Source: the human T2T-CHM13v2.0 reference genome, Homo sapiens
Assembly (NCBI RefSeq): GCF_009914755.1
Contig: NC_060928.1
DNA: 64,000 nucleotides
Strand: one strand, 5' to 3'
Shown in pieces: positions 42,301 to 57,399 of this stretch. Numbering within the stretch: the stretch's first letter is position 1; the number at the start of each line of letters is the position of its first letter. Below the pieces are notes generated by a model. The model saw only the letters and a program-made list of their open reading frames with translations. It had not been told where the DNA came from and did no database searches. The translations under genes were made by a program, and so were the position numbers.

Positions 42301-45300
42301 CTATAGGCCTCAATGAACTCAGAAATGTGCCTTTGTAGATTATTCATTAAGAATGTTTCCAACCTGATGAATCAAAACACAAGCTCCATTCTGTGAGATG
42401 AATCTACACATCACAAAGCATTTTCACAGACATCTTTAGTTTTTATCGTGGAATATTTGATTATTCACTATAGGACTCTATGGGCTCGGAAACGACCCTT
42501 TGTAGATATTACAAAAGACTGTTTCTAACCTGGTGAATCAAATCACAGGTTTCATTCTGTGAGATGAATCCACATATCAGAGAGCATTTTCACCAACACC
42601 TTGTTTCTAGCTTTTATCATGGGATATTCAGTTTTACACTATGAGCCTCAGTGGGCTCGGAAATGTCCAATTGTAGATTCTACAAAAAGAGTGTTTCCAA
42701 CCTTGTGAATCAAAACACAGGTTTCATTCTGTGAGATGAATCCACCCATCACAAACCATTTTTACAGATAGCTTGTTTCTAGTTTTTAATTGTGGGATAT
42801 TCAGTTTTTCATTATGGGCCTCAGTGAACACAGAAATGTCCCTTCATAGATTCTTCAGAAAGAGCGTTTCCATCTTGGTGAATCAAAACCAGGTTCTGTT
42901 CTGTGAGATGAATCCACACATCACACAGCATTTTCACAAATAGCTTTTTCTAGTTTTTATTGCTGGAAAATCAGTTTTTTACTATAGGCCTATAAGGGCT
43001 CAGAAAGGCCCCTTCGTAGATTTTACAAAAAGAGTGTTTCCAACCTGTTGAATCAGAACAGCAGATCGATTCTGTGAGATGAATCCACACATCACAAAGA
43101 ATTTTCACAGATAGCTTGTTTCTAGTTTTACCGCAGTATATTCAGTTTTTCACTATAAACCTCAAAGGGCTCTGAAAGATCCATTCATAGATTCTACAAA
43201 AAGAGTGTTTCCAACCTGGTGAATAAAAAAAGTGGTTTCACTCTGTGTGATGAAATCACACATCACAAAACATTTTCACAGAAAGTTTGTTTCTGCTTTT
43301 CATCGTGGGATATTTGGTTTTTCACTGTAGGTCTCAATGGGCTAGGAAATGTCCCTTTGTAGATTCTACAAAAAGAGTGCTTCCAATCTGGTGAATCAAA
43401 TCACAGGGTCCATTCTGTGAGATGAATCCCCATATCACAAAGCATTTTCCCAGAAAGCATGTTTACACTTTTAATGTGGGACCCTCGAATTCTCACAATA
43501 GGAATCAATGGGATCAGAGAAGTCCCTTTGTAGCTTCTCCAAAAAGAGTGTTTCCAATCTTGTGAATGAAAACACAGGTTCCATTCTGTGAGATGAATCC
43601 TAACATCATGAAGCATTTTCACAGATAGCTCGTTTCTAGTTTTTATCACAGGATATTCGGTTTTTCACTATAGGCCTCAATGAGCTCAGAAATGTCCCAA
43701 GTGGATAATACAAAAAAAGTGTCCAACCTGGTGAATCAATTCATAGGTTATGCTCTGTGAGATGAACCCACAAATAACAAAGCATTTTCAAAGATATCTG
43801 GTTTTAGTTTTTATCAAGGGATATTCATTTTTCAGTATTGGTCTCAATGAAAGCAGAAATATGGCTTCCAAGACTCTTCAAAAAGACTGTTTCCAACCTG
43901 GCAAGTGAAAAAAGCACCTCCATTCTGTGAGATGAATCCACACATCACCAAGCATTTTCACAGATAGCTTGTTTCTAGTTTTTATCTCAGGGTATTCGGT
44001 TTTTCACTGCAGGCTTCAATGGGCTCGGAAATGTCCCTTCGTAGATACTACAAAAAGAATGTTTCCAACCTGGTGAGTCAAATCACAGGTTCCATTCTGT
44101 AAGATGAATCCACACATCAGAAAGCATTTTCACAAATACCTTGTTTCTAGTTCTTATTGCAGGATATTAGTTTTTTCACTATAGGCCTCAATGGGCTCAA
44201 AAATGTCTTATATAGATACTACAAAAAGAGTGTTTCCAACCTTGTGAACCAAATCACAGGTTTCATTCTGTGAGATGAATCCACACATCAGAAAGCATTT
44301 TCAAACAGAGTTTGTTTCTAGTTTTAATTGCAAGATATTCAGTTTTTCACTGTAGGCCTCAATGTGGTAAGAAATGTCCCTTTGTAAATTCTACAAAAAG
44401 AGTGATTCCAACCTGGTGAATGAAAAAGCTGTTCCATTCAGGGAGATTAATCCACCCATCCCAAACTTTTTCAAATATAGCTTGTTTCTAATTGTTATTG
44501 TGAGATATTTGGTTTTTCACTGAAGGCCTAAATGTGCTCAGAAATGTCCATTCGTAGATACTAGAAAAAGAGTGTTTTCAAACAGAAGAAGAAAAAAAGT
44601 GTTTCGGTTAGGTGAGATGAATCCACAACTCACAAAGCATTTTCACAGATAGCTTGTTTTTAGTTTTTATCACAGGGTATTCGGTTTTTCACTGTAGGCC
44701 ACAATTGGCTCAGAAATGTTCCTTCGTAGATACTAGAAAAAGAGTGTTTCCCACAAGGTGAATCAAATCACAGGTTTCATTCTGTGAGGTGAATCGATAA
44801 ATCACAAAGCATTTTCACAGACAGTGGGATATTCGTTTTTTTACTATCGCCTACAAAGGGCTCAGAAATGTCCCTTCATAGATACTACAAAAAGAGGGTT
44901 TCCCACCAGGTGAATCAAATGACAGGTTCCATTCTGTGAGATGAATCCACACATCAAAAAGTATTTACGCAGATAGCTTGTTTCTAGTTTTTATTGTGGG
45001 ATATTCATTTTTTTCTCTGTAGGCCTCAATGGGCTCAAAAATATCTTATGAGGATACTTCAAAAAGAGTGTTTCCAACCTGGTGAATCAAATAACAGGTT
45101 CCATTCTGTGAGATGAATCCACACAACACAAAGCATTTTCACAGATAGCTTGTTTCTAGTTCTTATTACAGGATATTAGTTTTTTCACTATAGGCCTTGA
45201 TGGGCTTGAAAATGTCTTATACAGATACTACAAGAAGAGTGTTTCCAACATGGTGAATCAAATCACATGTTCCATTCTGTGAGATGACTCCACCCATCAC

Positions 45301-46180
45301 AAAGCATTTTCACAGATAGCTTGTTTCTAGTCTTTATTGCGGAATATTCAGTTTTTCACTACAGGCCACAGTGTGTGTAGAAATATCCCTTCATAGTTAC
45401 TACAAAAAGAGTGTTTGCCACCCAGAGAAACAAATCACATGTTCCATCTGTGAGATGAATCCACACATCAGAAAGCATCTTTGCAGATAACTTCTTTCTA
45501 GTTTTTATCACATGATATTTGGTTTTTCACCGTAGGCCTCAATGTGCTAAGAAATGTCCCATTGTAAATTCTACAAAAAGAGTGTTTCCAACCTGGTGAA
45601 CAAAAAAAGCAGTTTCATTCAGTGAGATGAATCCACATATCAGAAAGCTTTTTCACAAATAGCTTGCTTCCAGTTTTTATCATGAGATATTTGGTTTTTC
45701 ACTGTAGGCCTCAATGGGCTCAGAAATGTCCGTTCATAGATACTACAAAAAAAGTTTTCAACCTGGTGAAGAAAAAAAGCAGTTCCATACTGTGAAATAA
45801 ATCCACACATAACAAAGCACTTTCACAGATGGCTTGTTTCTAGTTTTTATCACGGAATATTCAGTTTTTTGCTGTAGGCAACAATGAGCTCAGAAATGTT
45901 TCTTCATAGAACTAGAAAAAAGACTGTTTCCCACCAGGTGAATCCAATCACAGGTTCCGTTCTGTGAGATAAATCCATACATCACAAAAACATTTTCACA
46001 GATAGCTTGTTTCTGGTTTTTATTGCGGGACTTTCCATTTTTCACTAAAGGCCACAATTTGCTCAGAAATGTCCCTTCGTAGATTCTACAAAAAGAGTGT
46101 TTTCAACCTGGTAAATTAAAAAAAAAGAGATTCCATTCCGTGAGATGAATCTACACCTCAAAAAACATTTTCACACATAG

Positions 46181-46593
<413 letters not shown>

Positions 46594-47416
46594 TAAATTC
46601 TACCAAAAGAGTGTTTCCATCCTGGTGAATAAAAAAGTGGTTCCATTCTCTGAGTTGAGTCCACACATCACAAAGCGTTTTCACAGGTAGCTTGTTTCTA
46701 GTTTTGGTTGTGGGATATTTTGTTTTTCTTTATAGGCCACAATAGGCTCAGAATTGTCCCTTCATAAATACTACAAAAAAAGTGTTTCAAAACAGGTGAT
46801 TCAAATCACAGCTTCCATTTGGAGATAAATCCACACATCATAAAACATTTTCACAGATAGCTTGTTTCCAGTTTTTATCAAGAGATATGTGGTTTTTCAC
46901 TAAAGGCCACATTGAGCTCAGTTTTTCAGTGTAGACCTCGATGGGCTCTAAATATCCCACTTAGATATGACAAAAAGAGTGGTTCTCACCTGGTGAATAA
47001 AATCACCATCTCCATTCTGTGAGATGAATCCACACATCACAAAGCATTTTCACAGATAGCTTGTTTCTAACTTTTATTACAGAACATTTGGTTTTTCACT
47101 ATAGGACTCATTCTTATAGAAAATCTCCCATGTAGATACTATAAAAAGAGTGTTTCCCACCTGGTGAATCAAATCACAGGTGTCATTCTGTGAGATGAAT
47201 CCACACCTCAGAAAGCATTTTGCCAGATAGCTTCTTTGTAGTTTTTATTGCAGGACACTCAGTGAGTGTTTCACTATAGACTTCAGTAGGCTCTGAAATG
47301 TCCCAGGTAGATACTACAAAAAAAGTGTTTCCAACCTGGTGAATCAAGTCACAGATTCCATTCTGTGAGATGAATCCACACATTATAAAGCATTTATTCA
47401 GACATCTTGTATCTAG

Positions 47417-47742
<326 letters not shown>

Positions 47743-50700
47743 CTTGTATCTAGTTTTTATCTCGGGATATTCTGTTTTTCACTGTAGGTCTCAAAGGGCT
47801 AAGAAATGTCCCTTCGTAGATACTACAAAAAGTTTGTTTCCCACCTGGTAAACCAAAACATTGATTCCATGATGTGTGAGATGAATTCACACATCACAAA
47901 GCATTTTCAAAGATAGCTTGTTTTTAGTTTTTATTGCAAGATATTCAGTTTTTCACTGTACGTCTCAATGAGCTTAAAAATGTCCCATGTATATCCTACA
48001 GAAAGAGTGTTTCAAACCTGGTGGATCAAATCACTGGTTCCATTCTTTGAGATGAATCTACACAGTACAAACCATTTTGTAGATAGTTTGTTTCTAGTTT
48101 TTATTGCAGGATATTCAGTTTTTAACTGTACGTTTAAATGGACTCATAAATGCCTATCCGTAGATACTACAGAAAAAGTGTTTACCTCCTGGTGAATAAA
48201 CAAAGCAGTTTCATTCTGTGAGATGAATCCATACATTACAAAGCTTTTTCACAGATAGCTTGTTTCTAATTTTTTTATCATGATATATTTGGTTTTTCAT
48301 TAGAGGGCTCGATTGGCTTGAAAATCTCCCATGTAGATACCATAAAAACAGTGTTTCCCACCTGGTGAATCAAATCACAGGTTTCATTCTGTGAGATGAA
48401 TCCACACATCAGAAAGCATTTTGACAGATAGCTTCTTTCTAGTTTTTATTTGGGATACTCGGTGTTTCACTATAGTCCTAAATGGGCTCCAAAATGCCCC
48501 ACGTAGATACCACAAAAAGAGTGTTTCACATCTGGTGAATGAAATCACAGGTTCCATTATGTGAAATGAATCCACACCTCACAAAGCATTTTTCACTGAT
48601 AGCTTGTTTCTAGTTTTTATCTTGGATATTTGCTTTTTCACTACAGGCCTCAATGGGATGGGAAATGTCCTTGTCCCACATGATACTACAAAAAGAGTGT
48701 TTCAACATAGTGGATCAAAAAACAGTTTCCATTCTGTGAGATAAACCCACACCTCAAAAAGCATTTTCACAGAAAGCTTGTTTCTAGTTTTTATCATAGG
48801 ATATTTGGTTTTTAACTATAGGCCAAAATGGTCTCAGAAATTCCCTTAGTAAATTTTACAATAACAGGGTTTTCAACCTGGTGTATCAAAGTAATGGCAC
48901 AATTTTGTGAGTTGAATCCACACATCACAGATAATTTTCACAGAGACCTTGCTTCTAGTTTTTATTGCAAAATATTCAATTTTTCACAATAGTCCACAGT
49001 GGGTTCACATGACCCTTCATGGATACTACAAAAAGAATGTTTCCAACCAGGTGAATCAAATTACAGGTTCCATTCTTTGAGATGAATCTATAGATTACAA
49101 AGCATTTTTACAGATATCTTTTTAGGTTTTACTGTGGAATATTCGGTTTTTCACTATAGGTCTCAGTGGGCTCAGAAATGTCCCACGTAGATACTACAAA
49201 AAGATTGTTCATACCTGGTTAATTAATTAATTCACAATTCAAAAAGCATTTTCAAAGATAGTTTTTATCTCATTTTTATCATGAGATATTCGGTTTTTCC
49301 CTGTAGGCCACAATGGGCTCAGAAATCTCATTTCATAGATACTACAAAAAGTGTGTTACCAAACTGGAGAATAAAAGAAGCAGTTCCACACTCTGAGATA
49401 AATCCAGACATCACAAACCATTTTCACAGATAGCTTGTTTCTAGTTTTTATCATGGATATTTTTAATTCACTACAGGCCACAGTGAGCTCAGAAATGTCC
49501 CACGTGATACTACAAAAAGAGTGTTCCAACATGCTGAATCAAACAATGTGTTTCATTCTGTGAGATGAATCTACACCTCACAAAACATTTTCACTGATAG
49601 CTTGTTTTTAGTTTTTATCACAAGATATTCGGTTTTTCACTGTAGGCCTCAATGGGCTTAGAAATGACTTTTCATAGATACTAGAAAAAAGAATGTTTCC
49701 TACCTAGTGAATAAACAAAGCAATTTCATTCTGTGAGATGAATCCAATGGGCACAAAAACGCAAATTCATAGATAGGACAAAAAGAATGTTTCCAGCCTG
49801 TTGAATCAAATCACAGGTTCCATTCTGTGAGATGAGTCCACTCATCTCAAAGCATTTTCACAGTTAGCTTGCCTCTAGTTTTTATCATGGAATATCCGGT
49901 TTTTCACTGCAGTCTTCAATGGGCTCAGAATTGTCCCTTCGTGGCTTACACAAAAAGAATGTTCCCAATCTTGTGAATAAAAAAAGTGGTTCCATTAAAT
50001 GAGATGAAGTCACACGTCACAAAGCGTTTTCACACATAGCTTGTTTCTAATGTTTATCACGGTTTTTCAATATAGGGCTCAACAGGCTCGAATATGTCCC
50101 ATGTAGATACTATAAAAAGAGTGTTTCCAAACTTGTGAATTAAATCAGAGATTCCATTCTGTGAGGTGCATCCACACTTCAAAAAGCATTTTCACAGATA
50201 GCTTTTCTTCTAGTTTTTATCACGGGATATTGATTATTCACTCTAGAACTCAGTGGACTCAGAAATGGTGCCACGTAGATACTACAAAAAGAATGTTTCC
50301 AATCTGATTAATTTAAAAAAGGTTCCATTCTATGTGATGAATCCAAACATCACAAAGAATTTTCACAGAGCGTTTCCGGTTTTTATCCCGGGCTAATCAT
50401 TTTTTCACTGTACTCCTCAATGGGCTCAGAAATGTCCCCTGGCAGATACTACAGAAAGACTGTTTCTTACCTGATGTATAAAAAAACTGTTCCCATTCTG
50501 TGAGAAAAATCTACACATCACAAAGCATTTTCACAGACAACTTGTTTCTGGTTTTTATCGCGGGCAGTTCAGTGTTTCCCTATAGGGCTCAACAGGCTCG
50601 AAAGTGTCCCATGTAGATACTACAAAAAGTGTGTTTCCAAACTTTTGACTCAAAACAGAAGTTCCATTCTATGAGATGAATCCATATATTAACAAAGCAT

Positions 50701-53700
50701 TTTCTCAGATTGCTTGTATCTAATTATCACAAGATTTCGGTTTTTCGCTATAGGACCCAAGGGGCTGAAAAATGTCTTTTCCTAGATACTACAAAAAGTG
50801 TGTTTCCTACCTTGTGAATAAAAAAAAGCAGTTGCATTCTGTGAAATGAATCTGCACATCACAAAGCATTTTCAAAGGTAGCTTGTTTCAAATTTTTATC
50901 TCTGGATATTTGGTTTTTCACTATAGGCTTCAATAGACTTGGAAATGTTTTACGTAGGTACTACAAGAAGAGTGTTTCCAACCTGGTGAATAAATTCCAG
51001 GTTTCATTCTGTAAGATGAATACACACATCTCAAAGCATTTTCACAGAAAGCTTCCTTCTAGCTTTTATTGCGCAATATTCGGTTTTTCACTATAGACCA
51101 TAATGGGCTTGGAAATGTCCATTTATAGATACTACAAATAGAGCGTCTCCAACTAAGTGAATTTAAACTCAGATTCCATTCTGTGAGATGAATTCACACA
51201 CCACAAAGCATTTCCAAAGACAGCTTGTTTCAAGTTTTTATCACGGGATACTGGGTTTTTCACTATAGGCTTCAATGGGCTGAAAAATGTTTCACTTAGA
51301 TAGTACAAAAAGAGTGTTTCAAACCAGGTGAATCAAATCACAGGTTTTATTCTGTGAGATGAATCCACACATTAAAAAGAATTTTCACAGATAGCTTGCT
51401 TCTAGTTTTTAACGCAGAATATTCAGTGTTTACTAAGACCTCAATAAGCTCAGAAATATCCCACGTAGACACTACAAAAAGAGTGTTTCCAGCATGGAAA
51501 GTAACATCCCAGGTTTCATTCAGTGACAAGAATCCAAAGCATTTTTACACAAAACATTTTTACAGAGTACTTTTTTCTAGTTTATATTGCGCACTATTTG
51601 GTTTTTCACTATAGGCTGAAATGGGCTCCGAAATGTCCATTTATAGGTACGCAAAAGGAGTGTTTCCAACCAGGTGAATCAAAACTAAGGTTCCATTCTG
51701 TGAGATGAATCTGCACATTACAAAGCATTTTCACAGAGAACTTTTTTCTAGTTTTTATCGAGCGATATTCGGGTTTTCACTATATGCCACAATGAGCTCA
51801 GAAATGCCCATTGTAGATTCTACAAAAAGAGTGTTTCCAACCTGCTGAATCAAAACAGAGGTTCCAATCTGTGAGATGAATCCATACGTCACAAAACATT
51901 TGACAGATAGTTTGTTTTTAGTTTTTATGGTGGGATATTCAGTTTTTCACTGTAGGCTTCAATGGGCACAAAAATGTCCCATTGTAGATTCTACAAAAAT
52001 AGTGTACTGAAACCGATGAATCAAAACACAGGTTCCATTCTGTGAGATGAACCCATATATCACAACACACTTTCTCAGATAGCTTCTTTCTAGTTTTTAT
52101 TGTGGGATATTCTGTTTTTCACTATCTTTCCTCAATAGGCTCAGAAATGTCCCTTCATAGATTCTACAAAAAGAGTGTTTCGACCGGGTAAATCAAAATA
52201 CATGTTCTATTCTGTGAGATGAATGCACAAATCACAAAACGATTTAACAGATAACTTGTTTCTAATTTTTATTTTGGAATATTCTATTTTTTACTATAAG
52301 CCTCAGTGGGCAAGGAAATGTTGCTTCATAGATTTTACAAATGGAGTGTTTCCAACCTGGTGAATCAATGCACAGGTTCCACTCTGTGAGATGAATCCAC
52401 ACATCACAAAGCATTTTCAGAGATATCTTCTTTCTAGTTTTCATCACTTGATATTAGATTTTTTCTGATCAGCCTCAATGTGTTCAGAAATGTCCCATCA
52501 TATATTCTACAAAAAGAGTGTTTCCAACTTGGTGAATCAAAAAACAGTTTCCATTGTATGTGATGAATCCATACACCACAAAACATTTCACAGAGAGCTT
52601 ATTTCTAGTTTTTATCATGAGATATTTGATTTTTTAATAAAGGCCTCCATTGCCTCAGAAATATCCCTTCATATATTCTACAAAAAGAGTGTTTCCAACC
52701 TGGTGAATCAAAACACAGACTGCATTTGTGAGATGGATCCACACATCAAAAGGCATTTTCTTGATTTTTCCTTATCATTCAAAATAAGGTCAGGAATGTC
52801 CCCTCATAGAATCTACAAAAAGAGTGTTTCCAATATGGTGAATCAAAACACAGGTTCCATTCTGTGAGATGAATCTATACATCACAAAGCATTTTCACAG
52901 ATAGCTTGTTTCTAGTTTTTACCATGGGATATTGATTTTTCACTGCAGGCATGAATGGGCTCTGAAATTTCCCATTGTAGATTCTACAAAAGGAATGTTT
53001 CCAACCTGGTGAATATAAACATGGGTTCACTGAAATAAATACACACAGGACAAAGCATTTTCATATATATCTTGTTTCTAGATTTTTATCCCTAGATTTT
53101 CTATTTTTCACTGCAGGCCTCCAGAGGCTTAGAAATATCCCTTTGTAGATGCTACAAAAACTGTTTCCAATCTGGTGAATCAAAACACAGATTCCATTCT
53201 ATGAGATTTAACCACGCAGGATGAAGTCTTTTCACAGATATCTTGTTTCTAGTTTTTATCATGGAATATTGGATTTCTCACTATAGGCCTCAACGGGCTC
53301 AGAAATTTCCTTTCGTATATTTACAAAAGTGTGTTTCAAACCTGGTGAATGAAAACCCAGGTTCCATTCTGTGAGATGAATCCACACATCACAAAGCATT
53401 TTCACAGATAGCACGTTTCTAGTTTTTACCACGGGATATTCGATTTTTCACTATAGGCCTCATTGTGCTTAGGAATTTCCCTTTGTAGATTCCACAAAAA
53501 GAGAGTTTCCAATCTGCAGAATCAAGACATGGATTCATTATGAGTGATGAATCCACACATCAGACAGCATTTTCACAGACAGCTTGTTTCTAATTTTTAT
53601 CACCAGCTATTTGATTTTTCCTTATCCCTCAATGGCCTTAGAAATGTCCCATCATAGATTCTACAAAAAAAAAAAGTTCCCAATCTGGTTAATCAAAACA

Positions 53701-55334
53701 CGGTTCTATTATATGAGATGAATCCACACATAACAAAGCTTTTTCAGAGATACCTTCTTTCTAGTTTTTATCTAGGGATATTTGGTTTTTCACCATAGGC
53801 CTCAATGGGCTCAGAAATATCCCTTCCTAGATTCTACAGAAAGAGTTTTTCCAACCTGGTGAATCAAAACACAAGTTCCATTCTGTGAGATGACTGTGTA
53901 CATCCCAAAGCTTTTTCACAGATAGCTTGTGTTTAGTTTTTATTGTGGAATATTCAATTTTTCACTATAGGCCTCAATGGCCTCAGAAATTTCCCTTCAC
54001 AGATTCCACTAAAAGTGTGTTTCCTACCTGTTGAATGAAAACACAGGTTCATTCTGTGAGGTGAATCCAAACATCACAAAGCATTTTCACAGATAGCTTG
54101 TTTCTAGTTTTTATTGCAGGATATTTGATTTTTCACTATAGGCCCCAGTGGGCTCAGAAATGTTCCTTCGTAGATTCTACAAAAAGAGTGTTTCCAACCT
54201 GGTGAATCCAAAAACAGGTTCCATTCTGTGAGATGAATTTACACATCACAAAGCATTTACACAGATAGCTTCTTTCTAGTTTTCATCCTGGGACATTTGA
54301 TTTTTCACTGTAGACTTCAAAGGGTTCAAAAATGTCCTTTCGTAGATTCTCCAAAAAAGTGTTTCCAACATGGTGAATCAAAACACAGATTCCATTCTGC
54401 TTGATGAATCCACACATCACAAAGCATTTTCAGAGTTGGCTTGTTTCTAGATTTTATCGGGGGATATTCGATATTTTCTTATGGGCCTCAATTTGTTCAG
54501 AAATGTCTCTTTGTAGATTCTATAAAAAGAGTGTTTCCAACTTGCTGAATCCAAAAACAGGTTCCATTCTGTGAGATGAATTCACCCATCACAAAGCATC
54601 TTCACAGATAGCTTGTTCCTAGTTTTGTTTCTAGTTTCTATCACAGGATATTCAATTTTTCACTATAGTCTGAAGGGGCTCAGAAATTTCCCTTCATATA
54701 TTCTACAAGAAGGGTGTTTCCAACCTGCTGAATCAAAGGACAGGTTCCATTCTGTGAGATTAATCCAGACATCAAAATGCATTTTCACAGATAGCTTCTT
54801 TCTAGTTTTTTCTCAGGATATTCGATTTTTCTTTATGGGTCTCAATGGGCTCAGAAATGTCCCTTGGTAGATTCTAAAGAAAAGAGTGTTTCAGCCTGGT
54901 GATTCAAAACACAGGTTCCATTCTATGAGATTAATTCACACATCATAAATCTTTCTTATGGAGAGCTTGTTTCTTGTATTCATTGCTTGATATCTGATTT
55001 TTTCTTATCGACCTCAATTGGTTCAAAAATGTGTATTTGTGGTTTCTACAGAAAGAGTGTTTTTTACAAAGTGAATCAAACACTGGTTCCATTGTGAGAT
55101 AAATTTCTACATCACAAAGCATTTTCACAGATAGCTTGTTTCTAGTTTTTATCACAGGATATTTGATTTTCCCTTATGGGCCTCAGTGGGCTCAGAAATG
55201 TCCTTTCATAGATTCTACAAAAAGAGTGTTTCCCACTGGTGAATCAAACACAGGTTCCATTCTGTGAGATGAATCCACACATCACAAAGCATTTTGACAG
55301 CTTGTTTCTAGTTTTTATCACGAGATGTTGTTTG

Positions 55335-55865
55335 CTTATTTTTTACAAATAGATTTAAAATTTTATCAAAACGTTTTCCTTAAATTGTAAAATAATTTTT
55401 TCATTTATTTCCACTGAAGTGGTTAATTATTGTGATTTTTGTTTTTTAAACTATTCTTGCATTTCTGAATTAAATTCCAGTTTATACATATTTCTGGGTT
55501 TTATTTACTAATATTTTGTTTGGAATATTTACATCTATATAATGATAGATACATTAGTCTGTATCTTTTTTATAGTAATGTCTTTACTGCCTTATAATGG
55601 TAAGGTTGTATTCCCCAAATAACGAACTGAGAAGTGTTCTTTATTTTTCCATTTGCTGGAATAGTTGAGCGATATTGACGCTTCACTCTGGAACAATTTA
55701 CTGTCGAAACTGTTTGGCTCTGTAGTTTCCTTCATGGGGAGGTTTTCAAATAACACCCTTTATTTCCCTAACAGATATGTAATTATTCAGACCTAACATT
55801 TATTTTATGTCAGCATCTATAAGTAATATTTATTTTATATAATATTTTTCCAATTCATCTAAGTA
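55335..55865 (-). mobile_element. Old L1M/L1ME ORF2 fragment, antisense
   Basis: ttttatcaaaacgttttcct...cttgcatttctg...tttactaatattttgtttggaatatttacatctat...gagaagtgttc. Confidence 0.75.
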
Positions 55866-55871
55866 GTAAAG

Positions 55872-56305
55872 ATTTTATTTATTTATATATTTATTATTTT
55901 TTATCTACTTTTAAGTCAGGGGTACTTGTGCAAATTTGTTACATTGGTAAACGGGGTCATGGGGGTTTGCTGTACAGATTATTTCATCACCCAGGTATTA
56001 AGCCTAGTACCCATTAGTTATTTTTCCTAATCTTCTCCCTCCTCCCACTCTCCACCTCTTGATAGGCCCCACTGTGTGTTGTTGTTCTCTGTTTGCCCAT
56101 ATGTTCCCATTATCTAGCTCCCACTTACAAGTGAGAACTTGCAGTATTTGGTGTTCTGATCCTGTGTTAGCTTGCTAAGGATAATGGCCTCCATCTCCAT
56201 CCATGTCCCTGCAAAGTACATAATCTCATTATTTTTTATGGCTGCATAGTGTTCCGTAGTGTATATGTACTAATTTTCTTTATCCAGTCTTGTTGATTGA
56301 CATTT
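55872..56305 (-). mobile_element. L1PA13-16-like 3' end
   Basis: tgtacagattatttcatcacccaggtattaagcctagtacccattagttatt...ctcccacttacaagtgagaac. Confidence 0.9.
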
Positions 56306-56310
56306 AGATT

Positions 56311-57312
56311 TATTTTTTTTTTAATAGGCAAGGTTTTGCTCTGTCATGCAGGGTGGATGCAGTGGCACAATCATAGCTTACTGAAACCTCAAACAGCTGG
56401 GCTTAAACAATCCTCTTGCCTCAGCCTCCTGAGTAGCTGGGTATGTGCCACTACAGTTACAGTTTCCTGGCAAAGGCCCCACCCTCAAGCCTGGAAACTT
56501 ACAGTCCTGAATGGGAGCAGGCATTCCTGTTTTTGTGCCCAAAATTCCTGTTTGGCTTACTATGCCCCCCTATTCTGTACCCATGTAAACCCCAGACCGC
56601 AGGCTCCAGAAGCAAATGAATAGATGAAGAAACGAACAGAAGACCAAAGGAATGCCAGAAAAGTATGGCACAGCAGATAAAAGAGAAGGAGCATATGAAT
56701 GCTGAGAGTTCAGCTGGGGATGGTTGGAGAGGTAATCAGCTGCTGGACAGCCACACTCCAGGGGAAGATCATCTTCCCGCTCCATCTGCCTTGCAGCTCT
56801 CCGTCATCCCACTGAGAGCCACCTCCACCATTCAATAAAACTCCCACATTCATCCTTCAAGTCTACGTGTGACCTGATTCTTCCTGGATGCTGGACAAGC
56901 ACCTGGGTACCAAGAGGACACTGAGCTGGTTAACGCTTAAGCTCTCCGTGGATGGCAAAGCTAAGAGAGTGTGTTGTAACACATGTGCACTTGGGTTTCA
57001 GGAGCAAAAGGCACCTACCCCTTGACTCTGCTGTGGGCCTGGAGCCCAGGGGCACTCGCCCTGGCTGCTGCACCTGCCCATCTGCGTGCTCCCCTTCCTG
57101 TAAGGGGTTTGAGCAGCAGTGAAGGGCAAACAGACACGCCACAACCCTGTCACATATTCTGAGAGGGGGGTCCCAGAACTCTCCTGTTTTGACATAGATA
57201 GAGAAACTCATTATGTTGCCAAACCTGGTCTTGCACTCCTGGCCTCAAGCAATCCTTTTGTCTTGGCCTCCCAAAGTGCTGGAATTACAGGTGTGGGACA
57301 CCATGCTCTGCC
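56311..57312 (-). mobile_element. AluJ split by LTR1 (right arm 56311-56455, left arm 57193-57312)
   Basis: J-type caatcatagcttactg..ctgggcttaaacaatcctc and cctggcctcaagcaatcc. Confidence 0.8.
56460..57192 (+). mobile_element. LTR1-family (ERV1) solo LTR
   Basis: ggcaaaggccccaccctcaagcctggaaac...caggcattcctgtttt...aggggaagatcatcttcccgctccat...aataaaa...cctgtaaggggtttgagcagc...gaactctcctgtttt. Confidence 0.85.
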
Positions 57313-57399
57313 ATTAGTAGTAAAAATTTTAGTGTAAACTTATTCATAACATCATCTTAATATGTTGCTATCCTTTTAGCTTGACAGTGAAGTTTAGGT

